Positions 1 through 8,858 of a stretch of DNA of 35,374 bases are shown one piece after another (the first letter of the stretch is position 1; every line of letters starts with the position of its first letter). Location of the stretch: IMG/VR virus record IMGVR_UViG_3300017963_000520, positions 1 through 35,374 of that record. One strand, given 5' to 3'. Under the pieces are notes generated by a model. It was given only the letters and a program-made list of their open reading frames with translations, was not told the DNA's origin and searched no databases. This DNA is from a virus. Taxonomy: Duplodnaviria > Caudoviricetes. The translations under genes were made by a program, and so were the position numbers.

Positions 1-137
1 TTGGGGCATGTGTTTGTACGAGGATTATCACCAAGAATCAATAGTCCGTTTTTGCATGTTATTATTAATTGTTCTGACAATGAATTTGATGCATTATCAT
101 GTTTCGAAGTTACCGAAAGTTTTCTTGAAAAAATTGA

Positions 138-2276
138 CTAATCTTTTTTAAGATGATAAACCGTTTTTCTCCCTGTCTCATCAACAATAATTTCCCCCCT
201 ACCTGCTAAAGTAGAAACGATATCCCCAATATCCCGAGGTTTCAATTCGTTCAACCTGCGCTTCCGCTCGCAAAGTGCTTTGATTGTAGGCTTTCGTTTT
301 GCTCTGATAGCTGCAACAATAGCATCTTTGAATATTTCACAATCTTTATGGAATTCCCCGGCTGTCAATCGCTTCGTTAATGTATTTATTTTCCATTCGC
401 AAAGAAGCTTTGCAACTTCGATCCCCCATAAAAGGTTTTCTTCTTGCATCGGATCATAAATTGCCTTTACCGGCCTGATAGCTGCCATATGAATCATGGC
501 GTACTTTATAGCCAAATAATACCGCCTGCTGATTAATCCCTTGACGCCTTCATCATCCCGGATTTCATTTGCCGCATCAATAATCTCGTGGCTATAATCC
601 TTGAGCATCTTTTTGACTTGTTTTGATATAGTCAAATCATAATTAGATATCAATCCTGTCAGGTCGTGAGGGTTTTTTTGCGGTGCCACCGATTGAAATA
701 TATTTACTAATCCTGAAACAAATTTAGTCAATGTTGGATTGCTATATTCCGGGACTGTTCTATATGGGATTTTTCCATCATAACACCAAAAGTCGAATCG
801 TTGCATTAATCCTGTGGTCATATCCTCAATTCGAATATTATCAAAGATATCAGGAGTCGAATTGCCGGTTAAAATCAGACATGGATTTTTTATATTTATG
901 ACCTTGTTACTGTCTCCGTACGGCTTGTTTATATCCGCTCCATTACATGTATAAAGCTCTAATAATGCCGATATTTTTCCAGCTGCGTTTGTATCATCTT
1001 TTGTTCGTTTAAACAAAAAAGATACCTCATCAAGAGTGACTAAACACTGAGGAAAACTATCAGACATTCCCCGAAGTAGCCCGGGACCGGATGAAAAGTC
1101 AGTGGGACCATAAAAGTTATCTATTCCACTTCGAGAAAAAGCCAACTTAAAAACCTGATCAACATCAGTTTTCCCGGTAGAAGTCCCGCCTACCTTGATA
1201 TTATAGACATTCGGCCATACGCCTTGACAACTCAATTTTGAAGCAATCGAACGAGCAATAATAGATAATACAGTAGGAAAATTGTATTGCACTATGTCAG
1301 GCGCTCCGGCTGCAATTGCCGCTTGCATACCATCCGAAATAAGACCGGGAATATTATATAATCTTTCCGGAATATCAAGAGAAATGGAAAATCCTGACTC
1401 AAAATCCTCAATTGTACAGATCCCGTCCGGTCTACTTTCGAAGTAATATCTTACCGCCTTTATTCCATATTTGCAGTGAATATCATTGAAATCTTTTCCT
1501 ATTTCGGATGGCATAACGAAACCGGCATCACCGGCTTTCGCTGCTTCCCTTCCGAATCTTTCACCTGGACAATAACCGAGTTTTTCAACAAACTTATCAT
1601 TATCAGCACAAATTATAATCTCATCATTAGGATTTCTTTTCCGGACCAACTTTGCTACATGAACAAGATTCATAGCATTGAAAGCTATGAGAACAGTGAA
1701 TCCTGTGGCTTGATGAATGCTGCTTCCGGTTGAAAAACCCTCACAAACTGCTATCTTTCCAGATCCAGGTATCCTTGAAGCACATCCTATAACTTGGCCT
1801 CCATATAGGAATTTTTTTGATCCATCAGGGTATATTCTTTGAAGGTTTACAATCTTAGATCTGTCATAAATCGGAACCAAAAGCATATTGTTATATATTC
1901 TTGAATTATGATGTTTTGCTTGTTTTTTTGTCAGATATTCATGTTCGCCGGCCTTTGCATTTTCATACATTTTCTTTGCGATTTGGGAAGCTTTTTTGTG
2001 CTTTTTTATTTTTTCTTCTTCTATTCTTTCGTTCATTTCAAGAATTACTATAGAATCAGCAACCGATATCTCGTGATTATCATCCCCGAATCTTTTTTTG
2101 TCCCCAGTATCCCATCGGCCATAGGTAGCAAACACTTTACCGGATAACATCATTCCTACATACCACCCAGAGTTACCTGCTTTTCCGACTACTGATGTTC
2201 TTTGAATTTGCCCATTTAGGATCGGTTCTGTTATTTTTAAACCGAGGTTTGTCATCTCAGCAATAAGATTTTTCAT
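138..2276 (-). CDS. Phage primase: TOPRIM domain fused to C-terminal P-loop (DUF3987-like) domain
   Basis: TOPRIM motifs VCEGFSTG, IICADND and KDFND. The C-terminal half has Walker A GGTSTGKT and Walker B-like VTLDEV. ATGA overlap with the upstream MTase. Confidence 0.85.
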   Translation of the reverse strand: MKNLIAEMTNLGLKITEPILNGQIQRTSVVGKAGNSGWYVGMMLSGKVFATYGRWDTGDKKRFGDDNHEISVADSIVILEMNERIEEEKIKKHKKASQIAKKMYENAKAGEHEYLTKKQAKHHNSRIYNNMLLVPIYDRSKIVNLQRIYPDGSKKFLYGGQVIGCASRIPGSGKIAVCEGFSTGSSIHQATGFTVLIAFNAMNLVHVAKLVRKRNPNDEIIICADNDKFVEKLGYCPGERFGREAAKAGDAGFVMPSEIGKDFNDIHCKYGIKAVRYYFESRPDGICTIEDFESGFSISLDIPERLYNIPGLISDGMQAAIAAGAPDIVQYNFPTVLSIIARSIASKLSCQGVWPNVYNIKVGGTSTGKTDVDQVFKLAFSRSGIDNFYGPTDFSSGPGLLRGMSDSFPQCLVTLDEVSFLFKRTKDDTNAAGKISALLELYTCNGADINKPYGDSNKVINIKNPCLILTGNSTPDIFDNIRIEDMTTGLMQRFDFWCYDGKIPYRTVPEYSNPTLTKFVSGLVNIFQSVAPQKNPHDLTGLISNYDLTISKQVKKMLKDYSHEIIDAANEIRDDEGVKGLISRRYYLAIKYAMIHMAAIRPVKAIYDPMQEENLLWGIEVAKLLCEWKINTLTKRLTAGEFHKDCEIFKDAIVAAIRAKRKPTIKALCERKRRLNELKPRDIGDIVSTLAGRGEIIVDETGRKTVYHLKKD

Positions 2277-3193
2277 TTAAGGCCTTTCAATATATGAGAT
2301 ATCACGTCAATAGTCCATCCGTTTCCCAAAAGCTTGTATCTTTGGGTGGTTGAAACATGATTTGAATAGTTTTCCGGTATTGTTTGAAGTTTTTCGCACT
2401 CTATAGGAGTCAATTTTCGCCATGTAATACCGTCAAGAATTGCATAATTATCTTTTGTGCAATGCCTTAAAGTAGCAAACTTTTTCCTTTCTGCTATTCC
2501 TCCTTTGTTCCAACCATGAGGCTTTTCAAAAACAATCTGTCGTCTACCTTTTGAAAAATACCATTTAAGATTTCCAGATTTCATATAATTTGCATCGACA
2601 CAATACGACTTATCCATATCAACAAAACCATGTATAACAATATCTCTTAACAATATTCCTTTATCTTTCGGCTGTTTAATTCCTGGAATATTAGTCCAAT
2701 ACAATCTTTTTCTGCTTTGAGCTGATACGAGTGCGGAATCAATCATGATCGGTTCAAACTCGCCATTGTCGAATAGTCCAAATTGTTTAACTTGTTCAGG
2801 ATACAACTCACCTAATGTTCTATTTATAACTTGTTCAGAGCTTTTTTTCATCCGGACATTTTCAAGTAAGAAATATTTTGGTTTTACTTCTTTTAATAGC
2901 CTTACAAACTCGAAAAAAAGTTTACTTCGTGGATCATTAAAAGCGAGTTGTTTTCCGGCAAAAGAAAATCCTTGGCAAGGGCTTCCACCCATTATCAAGT
3001 CTATTTCAGGCAAATCTTTTCCGCTTATATCACAAATATCACCTATTTGGATTGTTTTGGGATAGTTTTTTTGAGTTACTTTTATGGCATATTTATCAAT
3101 CTCACTTGCAAAATAGTTGTCATATTTCAATCCTATACGGTTGAGTGCAATCTGACCGCATGACATACCATCAAACAAGCTTAATACGTTCAT
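2273..3193 (-). CDS. DNA (cytosine-5) methyltransferase
   Basis: Motif I LSLFDGMSCG, catalytic GGSPCQGFS, ENV, QSRKRLY and C-terminal LGNGW. Confidence 0.95.
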   Translation of the reverse strand: MNVLSLFDGMSCGQIALNRIGLKYDNYFASEIDKYAIKVTQKNYPKTIQIGDICDISGKDLPEIDLIMGGSPCQGFSFAGKQLAFNDPRSKLFFEFVRLLKEVKPKYFLLENVRMKKSSEQVINRTLGELYPEQVKQFGLFDNGEFEPIMIDSALVSAQSRKRLYWTNIPGIKQPKDKGILLRDIVIHGFVDMDKSYCVDANYMKSGNLKWYFSKGRRQIVFEKPHGWNKGGIAERKKFATLRHCTKDNYAILDGITWRKLTPIECEKLQTIPENYSNHVSTTQRYKLLGNGWTIDVISHILKGLK

Positions 3194-3319
3194 GATACCT
3201 TACAATTCGGTTTTTGAAATAGGTGGGTCATTTATTTACCTCTATATATGGATTTTTTAAAAACTGTTTTAAACGAGTTGATCCATGAATTTAACCACCC
3301 TTTAAAACTTATAGAAAGT

Positions 3320-3344
3320 AAAAAGCTGTTCTTTTGAACAGCTT
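3320..3344 (-). terminator. Putative intrinsic terminator hairpin
   Basis: Perfect 9-bp stem AAGCTGTTC-AAAA-GAACAGCTT followed by TTT on the minus strand, downstream of the clamp gene. Confidence 0.45.
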
Positions 3345-3447
3345 AACAAGTGATATTTACATCCAGACTCAACTAACTCCATGCATCAAGTATGATTGGA
3401 ATAGCTCAAATGCATCATTATCCAATTGGGAATCATTTCTGCACCTC

Positions 3448-4506
3448 CTATAAACTCATAGGCATAATAGCAAAAACAAACGATCCATCACGAACAATAA
3501 CCGGTCTTTTTTCTCCAAATATTTGAATCTTTGAGTCATCATTTGTAGCACAAATGATTGAATACAAGAATTTCGTATTAACGGCTAATGTTACATCATT
3601 TTCAAGGTCCATGTCAATAGATTCGACAAATTCTCCAATATCAGGATTGTTTACTTTCGCAATTAATTTACCTTTATTGAACTCAAGGTTAATCGACTTA
3701 TACTCTTCAGAATTCATTGTTTTTGCTCGTTTAAGTAAATCAAAAATATCATAAGAATCAAACTCAATTTCAGGATTTTTAATATCACAAATACCATCAC
3801 AATCAGGGAAGTCACCCTCTAAAAGTCGTATCCCCCAAGTGGCACCGTTTGTTTCAAAAAATGCAGTGCTTTCAGAAAACGAAATACTTACTTTTTCACC
3901 TACCGATATGGATGATAATCCAGTTTTTGTTACAATATATTTACCAGAAAATTCTTTATCAGTAATATGTCTTGAAACCATGCTATTATCCGTTGAATAG
4001 ATTCTCAATTGTTTGCCAGCAAAACCATTGAAAAGAACTCCCTTTATGTGTGGCCTTCCATCATCCGGCTTACCTTGAATAAAGCATGTTTTTTTAATAA
4101 TATCACTAAAGGCTTTACCCTCAAATTCTACCGATTCTCCATATTTAATCACTATTTCGGGGAAATCATTCGGATCACTTCCTAAAATATTGAATTCCGG
4201 ACCTGTTTTTGAACCAATCCTATAATAGGAACCTGATTCGCTAATTGTGATTTCACTTTCGGGATATTCGGTAACAATATTATATAGGTTTTTGCAATCC
4301 AAGGCTGCTTTACATGGTTCATCAACCGTAGCTGAAATATCTTTTTGATACATTTGATCCAAGTTAGAAGCTGATATTCTGATTGCTCCTTCACAAGCTT
4401 CAATTAGCACGCATTCTGTAATTGATAGATTTGATTTTCTGTTTGTAATTTTTAAAGCATTAGAAAGTGCACTTGCAAACTCTTTTTTATTTACTGTTAT
4501 TCTCAT
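3448..4506 (-). CDS. dnaN: DNA polymerase III beta subunit (sliding clamp), phage-encoded
   Basis: 352 aa with clamp signatures: ISASNLD, DPNDFPEI, RPHIKGVLF, STDN, RLLEGDFPD, AVNTKFL and C-terminal AIMPM. Confidence 0.92.
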   Translation of the reverse strand: MRITVNKKEFASALSNALKITNRKSNLSITECVLIEACEGAIRISASNLDQMYQKDISATVDEPCKAALDCKNLYNIVTEYPESEITISESGSYYRIGSKTGPEFNILGSDPNDFPEIVIKYGESVEFEGKAFSDIIKKTCFIQGKPDDGRPHIKGVLFNGFAGKQLRIYSTDNSMVSRHITDKEFSGKYIVTKTGLSSISVGEKVSISFSESTAFFETNGATWGIRLLEGDFPDCDGICDIKNPEIEFDSYDIFDLLKRAKTMNSEEYKSINLEFNKGKLIAKVNNPDIGEFVESIDMDLENDVTLAVNTKFLYSIICATNDDSKIQIFGEKRPVIVRDGSFVFAIMPMSL

Positions 4507-4615
4507 TCTTATTCTCCTATTCGCCTAAAAAAGTTAATTTTTCATGAATTACTTAAAAATAGCACAAAGGCTTTAAGACCTTGTTTGATTAGACCACATC
4601 TTACAAATATATTGG

Positions 4616-4708
4616 TCATCCACTAATGACAATATAAAAAACCTGAGTAAAACTTTCGTTTTTACATTGATACTTACCTAATTTTAATTCATCAATCGGT
4701 TTTTCCAT
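4616..4708 (-). pseudogene. Short 30-aa ORF, possibly a frameshifted remnant
   Basis: RBS GGAG then ATG: MEKPIDELKLGKYQCKNESFTQVFYIVISG*. A protein-like continuation (LVDDQYICKMWSNQTRS) lies in another frame. Confidence 0.35.
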
Positions 4709-5120
4709 TATCACTCCATACTGTTTCCCATTTTTCAAAGGCTAAGGCTCCAGACCACATACAGGCTTGTGGAGACTTTCCGATGTTTTCCATAAAACTA
4801 CAAATATCATTCAGAGCTTCAATAATTCCGGTTACCTTTTCTTGTTCATCCAACAAACACAAGCAAAAAGCAATGTATGTTTCAATCCGCTTCTCCTGCT
4901 TTTCCCACCCTGCGGCCTTTCCGAATGCATATATTTTTTCTTTGATTTTTAAATGATCAGACTTGGCCAAAGTCGGTAACTCCGCCAGTCTTTTTTCACA
5001 TTGCTTTAACAGTTTTGTATATAAATTTTTCATCCTGCCAGGTTTTTCCACGTTTATAAAGTCAAAAATGGCTATCGGCATGGCTATTGTAGCCACTTTT
5101 TTTAAGCTTTCTTTTGTCAT
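4692..5120 (-). CDS. Hypothetical phage protein (helical)
   Basis: 142-aa ORF with AAGGAG RBS, co-oriented in the early operon. Confidence 0.75.
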   Translation of the reverse strand: MTKESLKKVATIAMPIAIFDFINVEKPGRMKNLYTKLLKQCEKRLAELPTLAKSDHLKIKEKIYAFGKAAGWEKQEKRIETYIAFCLCLLDEQEKVTGIIEALNDICSFMENIGKSPQACMWSGALAFEKWETVWSDNGKTD

Positions 5121-5203
5121 TTAAAAGCCTCTCCTTATAATTGTTTTGCCTCTAATATCTGTATCTTTTGACAGCAAAAAAACGACACCTTCAATACCTC
5201 CGG

Positions 5204-5341
5204 TCACTGACCCAGGGTCAACCTCTTCAATCCTAAAACAGGTTTATTCCAATCGGCTTCGAAATAACAGCAGTCAGGGCAAACGTAAATTGGTTTGTCG
5301 CACCCATTGCAGCCAGCATGGAATCTTTTCATCATTGACAT
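5204..5341 (-). CDS. Small Cys-rich protein (45 aa; about 73 aa if -1 shifted to the stop at 5121)
   Basis: Strong RBS AGGAGG. Translation MSMMKRFHAGCNGCDKPIYVCPDCCYFEADWNKPVLGLKRLTLGQ* has two CxxC motifs. Not in the ORF track. Confidence 0.6.
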   Translation of the reverse strand: MSMMKRFHAGCNGCDKPIYVCPDCCYFEADWNKPVLGLKRLTLGQ

Positions 5342-5345
5342 GATA

Positions 5346-5499
5346 TTTCCTCCTATAATAAGTTTAAAACCCGGTTAGATCGATTTCAAAGTAAAATGCC
5401 GTAGAAAGGAAAGAAAAACGGCTGGAAGATCAGCGATAATGATCGATCCTTGGTTTGCTGGGATGCCGGGTTCATCCCCTGGAGGTTCGCTGAATGAAT
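5346..5499 (-). ncRNA. Candidate structured RNA / cis-regulatory leader with multiple pseudoknots
   Basis: Five perfect non-overlapping inverted-repeat pairs of 5-7 bp, a pyrimidine loop complementary to the downstream SD, and a sigma70-like promoter immediately upstream. Confidence 0.6.
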
Positions 5500-5505
5500 G
5501 ATTTA

Positions 5506-5534
5506 TTTATATATTATTTGAAATCAAAAGTCAA
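5506..5534 (-). promoter_or_regulatory. Sigma70-like promoter overlapping the 3' end of the MTase gene
   Basis: TTGACT (5534-5529), 17-nt spacer, TATAAA (5511-5506). Confidence 0.6.
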
Positions 5535-6641
5535 TTGTTTGTCGTCTTTTTTTTCTTCATAAAACTTGTCAAAAGCCTTATGTACGTTGCGAAGAGATAT
5601 ATCATAGTAGGATTCTTTCAATTCAAATCCTACCACATCTCGACATTGCTCAATCGCAACATAAGCAGAAGATCCTATACCCATGAACGGATCAAGTATT
5701 TTTTCACCGGGAGCTGAATATAGATTGATACACCTTCTAATTACTTCGAGTTGGAGAGCGCATATGTGTTTTTCTTCTTCGTTCTCTTTTGCACATTTCC
5801 AGCCTTCCAAAACATCTATTTCAAGTATATCATCCCAAACACCATGCGCCCATTTTACCCAGTCTGTTTTTGTAAACCATCCTGTGGGATTGATATGCTT
5901 GCCACCTGTCAACTCTTTGACAATGCCACGTTGATAATCAACTGTGAAATTATAGGGGATGTTTTTATAATCAGGCTGAACTCGTTTCATCTTTCGCTTA
6001 TCATCATATTTAATCATAGGATGTCTATCGTATTTTAAAAGGCTTTCCGAGTTTACACCGCCTTGATTCGTGATAGTTTCCAGCCATACACACTTATCAG
6101 TTTCAATTAATCCTGATAACTTTTTCCCTTCACCCGGTTTTCGAAAGAATAAAACATAATCATTCATGGCCGGGGATAATGACCTTGCATCTCGGTAGCC
6201 TGTCACAAACATCAGAGAATGAAGTTGTAAGCGCTTTGCTACATTTCGAGGATTTTTCGGTATTGCTACTTCTCCATGTTCTTGCCATCCGTGTTTCAAC
6301 ATCATCGAAACTACAGCACCTCGAAACTCACGTTTTCCCATGTACCCATGTTGAACTTTCCATCTCAAAAGCTGTTGGATATGAATACAGACTATTGTTC
6401 CGGGCTTATGAACTCGAAAAAGTTGGTCTATAAAAAACCTAAAATGAAGAGCGAATTGACCCTCTATCATATCTGTTCCGTCAATATTGTTTCCGATATC
6501 CTCTGTTTTGTGTGAATAGGAAAACAACGCTCCAAACGGTATGCTTGTTACTGTCATGTCAATTGACTCGTCAGGAATATCAACCAAACCTTGCACACAA
6601 TCACCAAATCTTAAATCTACTATTGGTCTTCTATCTTCCAT
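5514..6641 (-). CDS. DNA amino-methyltransferase (N4-C/N6-A), beta class
   Basis: N-terminal GDC and catalytic motif IV variant TSIPF. C-terminal HICALQL and motif I LDPFMGIGS. Confidence 0.9.
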   Translation of the reverse strand: MEDRRPIVDLRFGDCVQGLVDIPDESIDMTVTSIPFGALFSYSHKTEDIGNNIDGTDMIEGQFALHFRFFIDQLFRVHKPGTIVCIHIQQLLRWKVQHGYMGKREFRGAVVSMMLKHGWQEHGEVAIPKNPRNVAKRLQLHSLMFVTGYRDARSLSPAMNDYVLFFRKPGEGKKLSGLIETDKCVWLETITNQGGVNSESLLKYDRHPMIKYDDKRKMKRVQPDYKNIPYNFTVDYQRGIVKELTGGKHINPTGWFTKTDWVKWAHGVWDDILEIDVLEGWKCAKENEEEKHICALQLEVIRRCINLYSAPGEKILDPFMGIGSSAYVAIEQCRDVVGFELKESYYDISLRNVHKAFDKFYEEKKDDKQLTFDFK

Positions 6642-8274
6642 TACTCAATTCCTCCATTGCTTTGATATAATAATTTTCCATAATCCTGACCTCTGCCTGT
6701 ATTCTTTCACGTTTTTGATTGATATTGTCATAAACAACGCCTTCAAGTTCTTTTATATAGGGATAGTGAAACTTGACTGCCTTTATTTGTCCATACCTCA
6801 TCGTACGACGTTCTAACTGGTACCGCTGTTCCTCTGAGTCATTAAATCCTGATATCACATTTGAAGTACAGTTTTGAAAATTCAAACCATAGCCCAAAAG
6901 ACTTGCCTTTGTAATCAGACAATCAATCTTTCCAATTCGGAAGTCTTCTATGATTGGCATTCTTTTTGCTTTAGGAACCTTACCAGTTAAAACCTTGATT
7001 GTAAACCCCTTTTGATCAATTAAATCAAAAATGATTTTAGATTCTTCATCAAATATCGTCCATGTAAGTACCTGACGACCTTCTTTAAGATCTATCATGA
7101 TTAGATCGGCTACAAATTGAGGTTTTAAAGAGGGAACCGGAATTGACTTTCTATTTCCATTTTTGCCCTCATAAATAAAGCCCTTTGCAATTTCCGAATA
7201 CTTAATTCGGTCAATCATTTCAAGTTTTTCATCGGAAGTCGGAAACATGGCAAGCTGCCCTGTTTTATCGGGTTTATCCATCACCATCTTTTTTTGTTCA
7301 TCAGTTATCGGAATGATATATTCCTTTGTGATAGGATCAGGAATGTCTTTCAAAATATCTTTAAAACCGTATCTTTTAGGATTCCTAAGATAAATAGACC
7401 ATCCTGCCATAAAACGATAAAAAGCAGACTTAGCATGGTCTTTGATCTTGAATTTTCCATCTTTTGTTCGTGTATAAAATGTCCATAGGATTTCGCCTTC
7501 ATTTCGAAGCTTTTCGAGAAATGATCCTTGCGACGCGTACTCCATAACGTCATTTGGTGCAGGGGTCGCGGTAAATGTGTATTTGTATTCAATACCTCTA
7601 CAAGATTTGATCAATGCCCATTTAATTGTTCCACCGCCTCCTTTAAGTATGGAGGCTTCATCCAATAGGCAACCGGAAAGAAATTGACACTCCGATATCG
7701 TCTCGGCGTCGCCTTTTCTCGGGATAAATTTTTCGGGGTTTACAATTCCGATTCCTTGGCCTTCTGATTTTGCAAACCATTTTAAACTTTTCCGATCTTG
7801 GATCATTTCGATTTCAAATTCATCACCATAAAACTTTTGTTTTTCATCCAATGTTTGAGGTAGGATATTTAATGGAGAAATAAGTAAAACACGACCACCA
7901 GTTTTATGGGCAACTTGACGGGCAAGCTCAAGCATCATGATCGTTTTTCCCAATCCGGTATCTGCCCATATTGCGTATCTCTTTAGGGGTAATGCGAATT
8001 GATAAATAATATAATCCTGATAATCAAACAAGAACTTGTTTTTTGGCAACCATTGCCGGATATTCTGTCTTTCTTCTATTCCGAAAATATGGGCGAATCT
8101 TGACGGGCATGTCAACTTATATGTGTCGTTATCCTCGTAGTATTTAAGATTATATTCGGGCAAACCTTTTGATTGTAGGAAAAGCATGTATCCTTCTATG
8201 TCAAACTTGTTCCATTCGACGTGTAGTGTGTTTCCTATCTGTTTTATATTCCCCATCACTTCACCTCTCAACAT
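6631..8274 (-). CDS. SNF2-like SF2 helicase/ATPase
   Basis: Walker A DTGLGKT, LDEAS, TATPAPND, GYGLNFQ and RTMRYGQ. The likely start is MGNIK (8256) after the GAGGTG RBS. Confidence 0.88.
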   Translation of the reverse strand: MLRGEVMGNIKQIGNTLHVEWNKFDIEGYMLFLQSKGLPEYNLKYYEDNDTYKLTCPSRFAHIFGIEERQNIRQWLPKNKFLFDYQDYIIYQFALPLKRYAIWADTGLGKTIMMLELARQVAHKTGGRVLLISPLNILPQTLDEKQKFYGDEFEIEMIQDRKSLKWFAKSEGQGIGIVNPEKFIPRKGDAETISECQFLSGCLLDEASILKGGGGTIKWALIKSCRGIEYKYTFTATPAPNDVMEYASQGSFLEKLRNEGEILWTFYTRTKDGKFKIKDHAKSAFYRFMAGWSIYLRNPKRYGFKDILKDIPDPITKEYIIPITDEQKKMVMDKPDKTGQLAMFPTSDEKLEMIDRIKYSEIAKGFIYEGKNGNRKSIPVPSLKPQFVADLIMIDLKEGRQVLTWTIFDEESKIIFDLIDQKGFTIKVLTGKVPKAKRMPIIEDFRIGKIDCLITKASLLGYGLNFQNCTSNVISGFNDSEEQRYQLERRTMRYGQIKAVKFHYPYIKELEGVVYDNINQKRERIQAEVRIMENYYIKAMEELSNGR

Positions 8275-8347
8275 TTCATATCGTTATAAGTACATCCATC
8301 TTTCCTGTGAACTTTTTGGCTCGATCATCATCAAATAACTATTACCT

Positions 8348-8845
8348 TCAAGAATCATCACCCTCCTTCACAAAATTTCCGTTTTTCATCTTTCCGGTTC
8401 GATCTTTTATTTCTTCATATGCCACTTTCAGGCAATTTGCAATAGATTTTTCACTTTTATTTCGGAAATGGTTGTGTGCAAGAATAAGAGTTACAAGTGT
8501 ATCCCCGAAACCGTCAATGATTTTTTTACGATTTCCCCTCAGGACAGCACCACATAGTTCACCCATTTCTTCCACTCCTTTTAGGAGTTGCTTTTCTATT
8601 GAACTGCCACTATTTAATCCAACTATTTCACCCCATTCAATAACTTTTCTTTCAAGGATTTCGAAAGGTTCAGTGTATGCGCAGTCAACCTTGTTAATGC
8701 CTACGCCATTGATATATCCCTGATTGTACTCGCACTGATCGCACTCAAAACATCCTATCAAGACATATTCATCAATAGGACATCTGGTCAAAAGTTTTCT
8801 AACATTCGTACCTCTTATTTCTTCTGTTTCATAATCAATCAACAT
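8348..8845 (-). CDS. MazG-like NTP pyrophosphatase with N-terminal Cys-rich domain
   Basis: QLLKGVEEMGEL...DGFGDTLVTL...AYEEIKDRTG is the MazG-like signature. Start reassigned to MLIDY after GGAGG. Confidence 0.85.
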   Translation of the reverse strand: MLIDYETEEIRGTNVRKLLTRCPIDEYVLIGCFECDQCEYNQGYINGVGINKVDCAYTEPFEILERKVIEWGEIVGLNSGSSIEKQLLKGVEEMGELCGAVLRGNRKKIIDGFGDTLVTLILAHNHFRNKSEKSIANCLKVAYEEIKDRTGKMKNGNFVKEGDDS

Positions 8846-8858
8846 TACGACCTCCATT

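Noticed and set aside
1-141. Possible 3' end of a plus-strand gene, or a replication origin downstream of the primase
   Set aside because: The sequence is too short at the window edge. Frames are open on both strands and there are no clear iterons.
5460-5480. SAM-I riboswitch (GAUGAACCCGGCA similarity) or group I intron core
   Set aside because: It lacks the SAM-I AUC-AGAG and GAGGGA elements and the conserved group I P7 and J8/7 sequences. Only a short word or the topology is similar.
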